The notes under the pieces: generated by a model | Told to the model about the DNA's origin: nothing | Databases searched by the model: none | Seen by the model: only the letters and a program-made list of their open reading frames with translations | Assembly: GCA_045597865.1 (NCBI GenBank) | Contig: JAZLKX010000025.1 | Location: 96,001 to 160,000, forward strand | Direction: 5' to 3' | DNA: 64,000 nucleotides | From: Bacilli bacterium | GTDB lineage: Bacteria; Bacillota_I; Bacilli_A; RFN20; CAG-826 | Shown here: positions 17,418-25,719 of the stretch, in pieces | Layout of the letters: every line of letters starts with the position of its first letter | Numbering within the stretch: the first letter of the stretch is position 1 | Translations under genes and position numbers: made by a program

Positions 17418-18716
17418 TTGAAGATAAAAATAAACCTTTTTGGTAAACTATTTAGCAGTTTTAATATGAGCAACATTATTTCAGATATTTACTTTTCTAG
17501 AGCATTTAGAAGATTGGGCGGTAAAACTCAACTTTTTAGTAATTATAATAACGATCATTATCATAATAGGTTAACTCATACTTTAGAAGTACTTAAAATT
17601 GCCGAAGAAATTAATTCCAAAATAGAAAAGCCAGCAAATGGATTTATTCTTGAGGCAAGTGCTTTGGCACACGATTTAGGGCATACTCCATTTGGACACG
17701 CTGGTGAAAGAGCACTAAATGAAATTACTTATCAAGTTGACACATTAGATAAAACTATAAATCCAGATTTCACAAATAAGATAATTTTTAAACATAATTA
17801 TTATTCAGCAAAGGTTCTTCTTGGAATTTATCGAGAGCAAGAAAGAATAGATAAAATCTTAATAGCAATCGTAAATCACACAAAACTTGATTACACACAA
17901 TATGTATTGAGTAATGATGAAAAGAAAACAACTTTAAGTTTTTATCTATCAAATTATTCAAGAAGAAAATCTGTCTTAAAGAAAATAAAAGACAATTTTA
18001 TAGAAGCTCAAATAATTGCGATGGCAGATGAAATTGCTCAACGAATATCTGACCTTCATGATATTATGCTCTCTAAAGCAAAAATAATTAATTGCGATAA
18101 GTTTACTGAGTTCTTACCTAAGGAAGAAGCAGAGAAAATTCTTGGTTATCCTAACTCTTTTAGAGTTAAAGATTTATTGTCAGTTTTAAAAGATTTCTTA
18201 TTATCTGGTGTTTTCTATGATTTAAAAACCAATTCATTAATTATGGACAATGATCAAAAACACACTATGGATTATATAGATAAAATGCGAAATGAAGTTA
18301 TAAACAATGTTTCAGTTATTTCTGAATTTGATAAGCATAGTAGTGAAGTAATCAAATATTTTTTTAAGTCATTTTATAAAAATCCAAAATTATTAGATGA
18401 AAAAACGATTTCTAATACATATAAGAGAATCATTTCTATATACAATAGTTTTGATGAAAAAGTAGTGATTAATAAACAATTTCAACCTAAAATTGATAGC
18501 TCATTAATTGACGAAAAAATATCTTACTTAACTTCTATATCTAATATTTGTATTAACTCTATTGACAAAAAACTTGATCTTAACAAAATTGACGCACATT
18601 TTTTAAAGGATATTAACTCTGAATTAGTTCATAGTATAATATATTATATAGCCAACATGACTGACAGATTCGCTAACGAAAAATATAGTGAATTAAAAAG
18701 AAAATTAGAAAGTTAA
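17418..18716 (+). CDS. dgt: HD-domain dGTP triphosphohydrolase (dGTPase family)
   Basis: SRAFRRLGGKTQLF, NRLTHTLEV, AHDLGHTPFGHAGE, ADEIA, IANMTDRFA; start TTG 17418 or ATG 17466. Confidence 0.88.
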   Translation: MKIKINLFGKLFSSFNMSNIISDIYFSRAFRRLGGKTQLFSNYNNDHYHNRLTHTLEVLKIAEEINSKIEKPANGFILEASALAHDLGHTPFGHAGERALNEITYQVDTLDKTINPDFTNKIIFKHNYYSAKVLLGIYREQERIDKILIAIVNHTKLDYTQYVLSNDEKKTTLSFYLSNYSRRKSVLKKIKDNFIEAQIIAMADEIAQRISDLHDIMLSKAKIINCDKFTEFLPKEEAEKILGYPNSFRVKDLLSVLKDFLLSGVFYDLKTNSLIMDNDQKHTMDYIDKMRNEVINNVSVISEFDKHSSEVIKYFFKSFYKNPKLLDEKTISNTYKRIISIYNSFDEKVVINKQFQPKIDSSLIDEKISYLTSISNICINSIDKKLDLNKIDAHFLKDINSELVHSIIYYIANMTDRFANEKYSELKRKLES

Positions 18717-18725
18717 AAATACATG

Positions 18726-18835
18726 TTGACAAACGATAGTGTTGGTTATAAAATTTAGTCAATTAAACGAACGGTGTATTGCCGTGAGCAACTGCTCAGA
18801 TAAACATCCTTAAACGTTGAGGATGTTTTTCTTTT
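18726..18835 (+). ncRNA. candidate ~70-nt three-hairpin small RNA with consensus promoter
   Basis: TTGACA-N17-TAAAAT (18726-18754); stems ACGG/CCGT, GAGC/GCTC, AAACATCCTTA/TGAGGATGTTT plus T-tail; no ORF. Confidence 0.6.
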
Positions 18836-18880
18836 GCAAAAAACTTAAAGACAAAAGTTTGTAAAACAACAAAAAAATTA

Positions 18881-19175
18881 TTTTGGCGAAATATCGTACT
18901 TAAAAATGCCGATAACCCGCCAAAATGCATCAATTTTAATATGTTTTGGCGGCTTATCCGCTTAAGCAATAAGTGACGTACTTTTATAACTTGTTAGAAC
19001 TTTTTAGAATTAACAGCATTTCAACTATGTTTCATTGATATATCAACATCGTTGTACAAACACATAAAAATTTGGAATTCTCTTGCGAATAGGGAATTTT
19101 TATATAAATATAATGTTGGGCACAGGGATTGGATCTCTGGTGGTCCATCGAAGTGCGGGAAGAACTCCCACTTTA
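18881..19175 (+). repeat. ~300-bp direct repeat, copy A (includes structured element copy 1)
   Basis: Near-identical to 21259..21594 apart from substitutions and 10-mer copy number. Confidence 0.9.
19075..19175 (+). repeat. ~100-bp structured element, copy 1
   Basis: Hairpin AATTCTCT/AGGGAATT, TATAAT, GTTGGGCACAGGGATTGGATCTCTGGTGGTCCATCGAAGTGCGGGAAG, terminator-like stem. Confidence 0.9.
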
Positions 19176-19218
19176 ATTTATTTATAAACTTAAAACGATT
19201 TTTTTAATTAAATTTTTA

Positions 19219-19259
19219 TTGACTAATCCCTTAATTTTGTATAAGATTTAAGGGAATAA
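19219..19259 (+). promoter_or_regulatory. fic promoter overlapped by inverted repeat TCCCTTAA..TTAAGGGA
   Basis: TTGACT-N17-TAAGAT with the IR across the spacer and -10; same IR recurs at 20325-20360. Confidence 0.7.
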
Positions 19260-19280
19260 TAGAGCAATTGAGGTAAAAAT

Positions 19281-20327
19281 ATGAGAGAATTTAATTACAT
19301 TAAATTACAAAATAACAAGTGGGATTCTGAAATCTTATCTTTAATTGCTGGTATTTATAAAGAAGCCGGAAAGCAAGAAATGTTTTTAAAACAGACGCCT
19401 CAAAAATTGGAAAAATTGGTTGAAATTGCAAAAATACAATCTACTGAGGCTAGTAATAGAATTGAGGGAATAATTGCAACGAATGCTAGAATCAAGCAGT
19501 TATGCGCTCAAAAAACTACACCAAGAAATAGAGCCGAAGAAGAAATTGCTGGCTATAGAGATGTTTTAAATTTAATTCATGAAAATTTTGATGCTATTCC
19601 TTTGACAACAAATTATATATTGCAATTACATAAAACCCTTTACAGTCATATGAATAATCCTATGGCCGGAAGAACAAAAAATGTTCAAAATTATATTAGT
19701 GCTAGTTACCCTGATGGAAGAGAAGAAGTGTTGTTTACTCCTTTATCTCCAATAGAAACACCAAGTGCATTAGATAAAATTTGTGAACAATATAATTTAG
19801 TTATTGGCAACAACACTATTGAACCATTAATCGCTATCCCGATGTTTATACATGATTTTTTGTGTATACACCCATTTAATGATGGCAACGGAAGAATGAG
19901 TAGACTTTTAACAACAATGTTGTTGTATCAAAATGGTTTTTACGTTGCAAAATACATTTCATTGGAAGCAAAAATTGCCAATAACAAAGATACATATTAC
20001 GAATCTTTATATGATTCACAACTTGGTTGGCACGAAGAAAAAGAAGATCCTAATCATTTTATTAAGTATCTTTTAAGTACAATTTTATCGGCTTATAAGG
20101 ATTTCGGAGATCGTTATTCACTTTTGGAAGATAAAATGAGTGCTAATGAAATGGTGAAAAAGGCTGCTTTAATGAAAATTGGCAAATTTAGTAAACAAGA
20201 TATAAGAGAATTATGTCCTTCATTATCTATTAGTTCAATAGAAGGAGGGTTACGCCTTTTAGTCAAAGAAGGTGTTTTAGAAAGAATTAGTAAAGGCAGA
20301 TCTACTTACTATAAGCGTTTAAAATAA
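19281..20327 (+). CDS. Fic-family protein (class II-like) with C-terminal winged HTH
   Basis: HPFNDGNGRMSR catalytic motif, SNRIEG inhibitory motif, C-terminal LVKEGVLER..KGRSTYY. Confidence 0.92.
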   Translation: MREFNYIKLQNNKWDSEILSLIAGIYKEAGKQEMFLKQTPQKLEKLVEIAKIQSTEASNRIEGIIATNARIKQLCAQKTTPRNRAEEEIAGYRDVLNLIHENFDAIPLTTNYILQLHKTLYSHMNNPMAGRTKNVQNYISASYPDGREEVLFTPLSPIETPSALDKICEQYNLVIGNNTIEPLIAIPMFIHDFLCIHPFNDGNGRMSRLLTTMLLYQNGFYVAKYISLEAKIANNKDTYYESLYDSQLGWHEEKEDPNHFIKYLLSTILSAYKDFGDRYSLLEDKMSANEMVKKAALMKIGKFSKQDIRELCPSLSISSIEGGLRLLVKEGVLERISKGRSTYYKRLK

Positions 20328-20378
20328 TCCCTTAAATATTATACGAAATTAAGGGAATAAATATATTTTAAGGGAAAA
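20325..20378. repeat. downstream copy of the fic operator-like inverted repeat plus an extra half-site
   Basis: TAATCCCTTAA..TTAAGGGAATAA overlapping the fic stop; TTAAGGGAAAA at 20368. Confidence 0.8.
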
Positions 20379-20390
20379 AGTTTTATAAAT

Positions 20391-20536
20391 TGGTACCAAA
20401 AATCGTTTGAGTATTAAAATCGTGGTATCAAAACCTTTGAGCGTATGAATATGCACAAATTTATTAAAATTCATATGCTAAACTGGTATCAAATACCGTT
20501 TGAGTAAATAAAAGTTGGTATCAAACGCGTTTGAGT
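20391..20536 (+). repeat. four copies of TGGTAYCAAA-N-TTTGAG
   Basis: Starts 20391, 20423, 20484, 20516 (two pairs, each 32 bp apart). Confidence 0.8.
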
Positions 20537-20552
20537 TGAACATTGAAATTTG

Positions 20553-20653
20553 GAATCCTCTTGCAAATAGGGGATTTTTATATCAATATAATGTTGGGCA
20601 CAGGGATTGGATCTCAAGTGGTCCATCGAAGTGCGGGAAGTATTCCCGCTTTT
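20553..20653 (+). repeat. ~100-bp structured element, copy 2
   Basis: Same layout and core sequence as copy 1. Confidence 0.9.
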
Positions 20654-20703
20654 ATTTATATTTTAAAAATTTCTCAAGTACATTGTGCAAGGAAAAATTG
20701 AGA

Positions 20704-20743
20704 AAAAAAGCAAAGTAAATATTGACAAAAAAGCAAAGTAAAT
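20704..20743 (+). repeat. 17-bp direct repeat AAAAAAGCAAAGTAAAT x2 bracketing TTGACA
   Basis: Copies at 20704 and 20727 (23-bp period). Confidence 0.75.
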
Positions 20744-20844
20744 GTCTCATTACCATTTGGAATTCATAGAAAATTAACAGTTAAAATACATTTTGACAAA
20801 CTATAGCTTTTGCTATCTCAGGATCAAATTGTTGAACTTTATTA

Positions 20845-21190
20845 ATCTAGTAAGAATAATATTTCTGAACGAATAAAACATATTTTAGATAAGTATGAAT
20901 TGGATGAATATTCAGTTGTTCGGTTTTTCCAAATAACTGCTAAAGATAGTAAAAAACGCACCTCTACGTGGATTTTTTATTGTCTTGCTATATCTTAGTG
21001 TCAAGAAGGATGAGAGACGTAAAAAGACCACCCAATAAATTGGGCCAAAGATTTAAAAGACTGTTCTAGTAGTGGTGATGCTTTTTTCAGACTTATGGCA
21101 AATCAGTTCAAAGAAAACGTTAAACCTTATATAGAATTCGAGAAGAAGATGTGCAACAAACATCTTGATATATTTATAAGACTATAACTC
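20845..21190 (+). pseudogene. decayed coding fragments
   Basis: Two ~50-codon open stretches (..ISERIKHILDKYELDEYSVVRFFQ.., ..INWAKDLKDCSSSGDAFFRLMANQFKE..) without a proper start; family not recognised. Confidence 0.35.
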
Positions 21191-21226
21191 TAAAAAAGTG
21201 ATTTTGAATTAGTCTAAGAATGATTT

Positions 21227-21273
21227 GATATTTCGCCAAAACATCATATTTTTATAAATTTTGGCGAAATATC
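21227..21273. repeat. perfect 15-bp inverted repeat
   Basis: GATATTTCGCCAAAA-N17-TTTTGGCGAAATATC. Confidence 0.85.
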
Positions 21274-21594
21274 GTACTTAAAAAAGGTGATAACCCGCTA
21301 AAATGCATCAATTTTAATATGTTTTGGCGGCTTATCCGCTTAAGCAATAAGTGACGCACTTTTAGAACTTTTTAGAACCTTTATCAATCTTTTAGAACTT
21401 TTTAGAACTTTTTAGAACTTTTTAGAATTAACAGCATTCCAACTACGTTTCATTGATATATCAACATCGTTGCACAAACACATTGAAATTTGAAATCATC
21501 TTTCGAATAGGGGATTTTAATAATATATAATGTTGGGCACAGGAATTGGATCTCTGGTGGTCCAACGAAGTGTGGGAAGAAATCCCGCTTTTTT
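21259..21594 (+). repeat. ~300-bp direct repeat, copy B (includes element copy 3 at 21493-21594 and an expanded 10-mer array)
   Basis: Matches 18881..19175; TTTAGAACTT-type unit x7 at 21361-21430. Confidence 0.9.
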
Positions 21595-21632
21595 ATTTTT
21601 TAAAAATCTCTATTATAGTATTGGTACAAAAA

Positions 21633-21669
21633 TCATAAACTTCCGATAAAACTTTCATAAACTTCCGAT
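21633..21669 (+). repeat. 15-bp direct repeat TCATAAACTTCCGAT x2
   Basis: Copies at 21633 and 21655 (22-bp period); no gene follows. Confidence 0.75.
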
Positions 21670-21687
21670 TAAAAACTTATTTTTTTT

Positions 21688-21790
21688 AAAATTCTCTTTC
21701 GAATAGGAGGATTTTTATATCAATAATGTTGGGTACAGGGAGCCATAATCTCTGATGGCCCATCGAAGTGCGGGAAGAACTCATGCTTTT
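21688..21790 (+). repeat. ~100-bp structured element, copy 4 (most divergent)
   Basis: GTTGGGTACAGGGAGCCATAATCTCTGATGGCCCATCGAAGTGCGGGAAG; stem kept, loop changed. Confidence 0.85.
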
Positions 21791-21830
21791 ATTTATATTT
21801 AAAGATCTTCCATTACATTGTTATGAAAAA

Positions 21831-21941
21831 TATCTTGCCAAACTTGCGGTTAATATCTTGCCAAACTTGCGGTTTATATCTTGCCAAACTTGCGGTTTAT
21901 TTTAATCCAAACTTGCGATTATAGAAATAATCATATATAAT
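21831..21941 (+). promoter_or_regulatory. four ~23-bp direct repeats (core CCAAACTTGCG) running into the ATPase promoter
   Basis: Units at 21831, 21854, 21877, 21900; TTGCGA-N17-TATAAT (21913-21941) uses the fourth unit as -35. Confidence 0.85.
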
Positions 21942-21960
21942 ATGTTCGAGGTAAAATCTT

Positions 21961-23259
21961 ATGGAAAAAGAATACATTGAACGTTTATTTGATAAAGAGC
22001 TAGATTTTTATTTAAAAAGCGTTGGCGCCGTACAAATTACAGGCCCTAAGTGGTGCGGTAAATCAAGAACTGCAAAGAAACATGCCGCGACAATAATTGA
22101 TTTAATGAAAGAAGATGTTAGAAAACAATTTGTTCCATTAGCAAAGCAAGCTCCAAATATTTTGCTTGATTATGGAACAAAACCTTTACTTATCGATGAA
22201 TGGCAAATTATTTCTTTTATTTGGAATTCTCTTAAAGAAAAAATTGATGAAAACGGAACTTTTGGACAATACATTTTAACTGGAAGCGTAACAGATGCAA
22301 CGGTAGATGACAGTTTATATGGAGAAGAGAATGAAAGACATACTGGAACCGGTAGAATAATTAAAAAGATGATGAGAACGATGTCTCTTTTTGAAAGCGG
22401 AGATAGCACTGGTGATATTTCATTGAGCCAATTAAAAAAAGGCGCATTTATTAATGCAATTGTAGATAAAGAACTTACAGATTATGCATTTTATTTGTGC
22501 AGAGGAGGATGGCCTTTAGCAATTAAAGCAGATAGAGATATTGCACTTCAACAAGCAAAAACTTTTTTTAATGGCTTAGTAAGCGAAGATATTTTTTCGT
22601 TAAAAGACGTTCCTTTAAGAAAAGATGTAAATAGAGCAAAAAAATTGCTTAGATCTTATAGTAGAGTTATATCATCTCAATCTTCTAACGAAACAATAAA
22701 AACAGACATGAAAAATAATGGAGATGAAATAGATAAAGACACCTTTGCTAAATACTTATTAGCACTTGAAAGATTGTTTGTTATAGAAGAATTAACAGCC
22801 TGGAATCCAAATTTAAGAAGCAAAACTTCAATTAGAGATAAAAATACAAGACACTTTGTTGATCCTTCAATTGCTTGTGCAGCGTTAAATTTAACACCAG
22901 ACAATTTGTTTATGGATATGAATACGTTTGGCTTATTGTTTGAATCTTTAGCAATTAGAGATTTAAGAATCTATTGCGATTCAATTAATGCCTCAGTTTA
23001 TCATTACAGAGATAAAGCAGAAAGAGAAGCTGATGCAGTAATTGTTTTCGAAGATGATTCTTGGGCATTAGTAGAAGTTAAATTATGCAACAATGAAGAA
23101 ATAAAAGAAGCTTCCAAAAAATTAGTTAATCTTTCTAATGATATTGATATCACAAGACATCCGAAACCTGCATTTTTAATGATTATCACAGCTACAAAAA
23201 CAGCTTATAAGGATGAAAATGGTGTGTATATAGTTCCATTAGCTTGTTTAAGAAATTAA
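21961..23259 (+). CDS. AAA+ ATPase (AAA_14) with DUF4143 / PD-(D/E)XK-like C-terminus
   Basis: GPKWCGKS, LLIDEWQ, ILTGS, RGGWP, FVDPS, YRD..READ..VEVKL. Confidence 0.9.
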   Translation: MEKEYIERLFDKELDFYLKSVGAVQITGPKWCGKSRTAKKHAATIIDLMKEDVRKQFVPLAKQAPNILLDYGTKPLLIDEWQIISFIWNSLKEKIDENGTFGQYILTGSVTDATVDDSLYGEENERHTGTGRIIKKMMRTMSLFESGDSTGDISLSQLKKGAFINAIVDKELTDYAFYLCRGGWPLAIKADRDIALQQAKTFFNGLVSEDIFSLKDVPLRKDVNRAKKLLRSYSRVISSQSSNETIKTDMKNNGDEIDKDTFAKYLLALERLFVIEELTAWNPNLRSKTSIRDKNTRHFVDPSIACAALNLTPDNLFMDMNTFGLLFESLAIRDLRIYCDSINASVYHYRDKAEREADAVIVFEDDSWALVEVKLCNNEEIKEASKKLVNLSNDIDITRHPKPAFLMIITATKTAYKDENGVYIVPLACLRN

Positions 23260-23286
23260 TGTGTTAACTTGTTGCTAGTGACTATT

Positions 23287-23341
23287 AACTTCGTTGCAAT
23301 AAGACATTGAAATTTAAAATCCTCTTTCGATGCGGATTTTT
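23287..23341 (+). repeat. partial fifth copy of the structured element (5' part only)
   Basis: AACTTCGTTGCA..CATTGAAATTT..AATCCTCTTTCGA..GGATTTT matches the sequence ahead of copies 2 and 3. Confidence 0.65.
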
Positions 23342-23454
23342 ATTTTTGCGGCGGAAATAATAATAGTTAGAATTTAAGAATTTTTTAATTTTTTCATGCA
23401 TAATTGTATGAAACTATTGTCATTTGAGCGACTTAAATTTAAAATTAAGAAACG

Positions 23455-25719
23455 ATGAAATTTAAGAAATTACTTAAAGCAATTCTTATTTCTGTGCCAT
23501 TTTTGGCATCATGTTTTGTTTTATCTTCATGTAAGAATGATGAAAACAACGATGCAAAACTTCGCTCTTTTCAACTTTGCGAACAATTAAACACTTTTAT
23601 TAGAGACATAAAAATCGATGGAACCATGGAAGAAATGGAAGACATTTGGTTTGGAAAAGATGAAACAAAAAAGGTTATTGATTACACTTCTAGTGGTGAA
23701 AACGGAACAATTACATTCGCTTCTGTTTTATCTTCTGAACCTATGGGCTATATTTCTGAAGGTAAAAAGATGGGTTTCTCAACTGATTTAGTTTATAGAT
23801 TTGCAAAAAAATATGGATATAATGTTCAATTTTTTGATTCAGTTAGTCACGCAACATGTGTAACAGCCGTCGCTAGCGGTCGTGCGGATTTTGGTGGAAC
23901 TTGTATGTCTATTACAGAAGAAAGAAGACATAGCGGGTGTTTTTCTGATCCTTATTATAAAAACGAAGTTGTTGTTTTAACAACAAAAGAAACTGCAAAC
24001 ACCATAGAATCAATGGATGAACTAAATGGAATGGACTTTGGTGTGGCAAGCGGTTCAACTTACTCAATTTATTGCAATGAAAAAATGCCGTATTCAAATG
24101 TTTTTGAATACAACACGAACATGGATGCAATTAAGGATTTGAGTGACGGAAAAATTAAAGCGGTTGTCATCGATAAACCAATTGCTGATTATATCATTAA
24201 TAATGAATTTTTCCCAAATGTTATTAATTACGGAAATCTAGGTTACTCTGATGATTTTGCTTTTTATTTCCCTAAATTTGCTGAACAATCTTTGGATTAT
24301 TACGCTGATAAAAGAATCGGAACAGTAACTGGAAGTGTTGATGAACAATATATTAAAAACAAACTTCCTAACGCTAAAATTCTTTATTACGATAGCCTTG
24401 TTGATTGTGCTACAGCCTTGGCTTCTGGAAAAGTAGATGCTTATGCAGACGAAACCGCATCTTTCATTTACAACAAAGACCAAATGGATCTAAATGTTGC
24501 GAGAATCCCGGAAAATTTAGGAGATTGCACTTATGGTTTCATATTTCCAAATAACGGTAAAGGAACTGTTTTAAAAGATGACTTTAATGTTTTTCTGACA
24601 TCGTTAAAAATGTCTGGCGAACTTGAAAGACTTACCGATAAATGGCTTTACAATTATGAAACTGCTCGAAATCAAATCGATTATACTGAACTTACAGGCA
24701 GCGAAACATTAAATGTTCATACATTGGGAATGTATCCGCCATTTTCATACGTAAAAGATGGCGAAATTACTGGTTTTGAAGTAGAAATTCTTAGTTTATA
24801 TGCTAAAAGTCGTGGCAAAAAATTACAAATTACCTTAAATAATTTAGCTGGCATTTTGGCTTCTGCAGAAAATGGCTCCATTGATATTGGATTTTCAATG
24901 TTAACTTATTCTGAAGACCGCGCTACTAAAATGCATTTTTCTGATTCATATTTTGATTACAATATTTTCCTTGTAACCTCAGTTGGAAAAGAAAATAATA
25001 ATTTTTTCAATTCGATTTATGAATCTTTTAGATCAACATTTGTTATCGAGCAAAGATGGAAACTATTTTTGAGTGGTTTTTTAACTACACTAGCAATTAC
25101 AATTATTTCGATTTTAGTTGGCACAATTCTTGGTTTCCTTATTTATTTACTTGTTAGAGAAAGTAAAATAGCAAAGAAAGTTTTGAAAGTATGTGATTAT
25201 ATAATCACAGGAATGCCTGTTGTTGTTCTTTTAATGATTGTTTATTACGTTCTTTTTGCAAAATCTAGAATATCTGCAACTGCTATTTCTATTGGAGTTT
25301 TCTCATTGCTATTTACTTCAGCTGTAACGAAGGCTTTGATTGTATCGGTAAATGGAGTTAATAAGAATCAAACCGAAGCTTATTTAGCTCTTGGTTACCA
25401 TAAACTTTATGGTTTCTTTAGGTTTATTTTGCCACAAGCACTAGAGTCATTCTTCTCATTATATAAAACTGAAGTAGTTAATTTGCTTAAAGCGACTGCT
25501 ATCGTTGGATATATTGCTATTCAAGACTTAACTAAAATGTCCGATATTGTTAGAAGTAGAACCTACGAAGCCTTCTTCCCATTAATTACACTTGCACTTA
25601 TGTATTTCTTGCTATCTTTCTTGCTCGTCTTTTTAGTAAAAAAGATTGAATTGATAGGAAACAAGAAAAGACGTAAACCAGAAAAGATTTTGAAAGGAGT
25701 TGGAAAAAATGAAGATTGA
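23455..25719 (+). CDS. polar amino-acid ABC transporter, multiple substrate-binding domains fused to permease
   Basis: Lipobox LSSC, repeated PBPb segments (GFSTDL, YPPFSY..GFEVE), C-terminal HisM/GlnP permease LPQAL..LLKATAIVGYI. Confidence 0.9.
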   Translation: MKFKKLLKAILISVPFLASCFVLSSCKNDENNDAKLRSFQLCEQLNTFIRDIKIDGTMEEMEDIWFGKDETKKVIDYTSSGENGTITFASVLSSEPMGYISEGKKMGFSTDLVYRFAKKYGYNVQFFDSVSHATCVTAVASGRADFGGTCMSITEERRHSGCFSDPYYKNEVVVLTTKETANTIESMDELNGMDFGVASGSTYSIYCNEKMPYSNVFEYNTNMDAIKDLSDGKIKAVVIDKPIADYIINNEFFPNVINYGNLGYSDDFAFYFPKFAEQSLDYYADKRIGTVTGSVDEQYIKNKLPNAKILYYDSLVDCATALASGKVDAYADETASFIYNKDQMDLNVARIPENLGDCTYGFIFPNNGKGTVLKDDFNVFLTSLKMSGELERLTDKWLYNYETARNQIDYTELTGSETLNVHTLGMYPPFSYVKDGEITGFEVEILSLYAKSRGKKLQITLNNLAGILASAENGSIDIGFSMLTYSEDRATKMHFSDSYFDYNIFLVTSVGKENNNFFNSIYESFRSTFVIEQRWKLFLSGFLTTLAITIISILVGTILGFLIYLLVRESKIAKKVLKVCDYIITGMPVVVLLMIVYYVLFAKSRISATAISIGVFSLLFTSAVTKALIVSVNGVNKNQTEAYLALGYHKLYGFFRFILPQALESFFSLYKTEVVNLLKATAIVGYIAIQDLTKMSDIVRSRTYEAFFPLITLALMYFLLSFLLVFLVKKIELIGNKKRRKPEKILKGVGKNED

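Noticed and set aside
20515-20718. 67-aa ORF in the track
   Set aside because: Reads through element copy 2; the frame is not kept in other copies; no RBS
19075-21790. CRISPR array interpretation of the repeated element
   Set aside because: Repeats are ~100 bp, intervals vary from ~95 bp to 1.4 kb, and no cas genes are in the window
21831-21921. Mini-CRISPR or plasmid iterons for the 23-bp repeats
   Set aside because: Units are contiguous without unique spacers, no rep gene is adjacent, and they merge into the ATPase promoter
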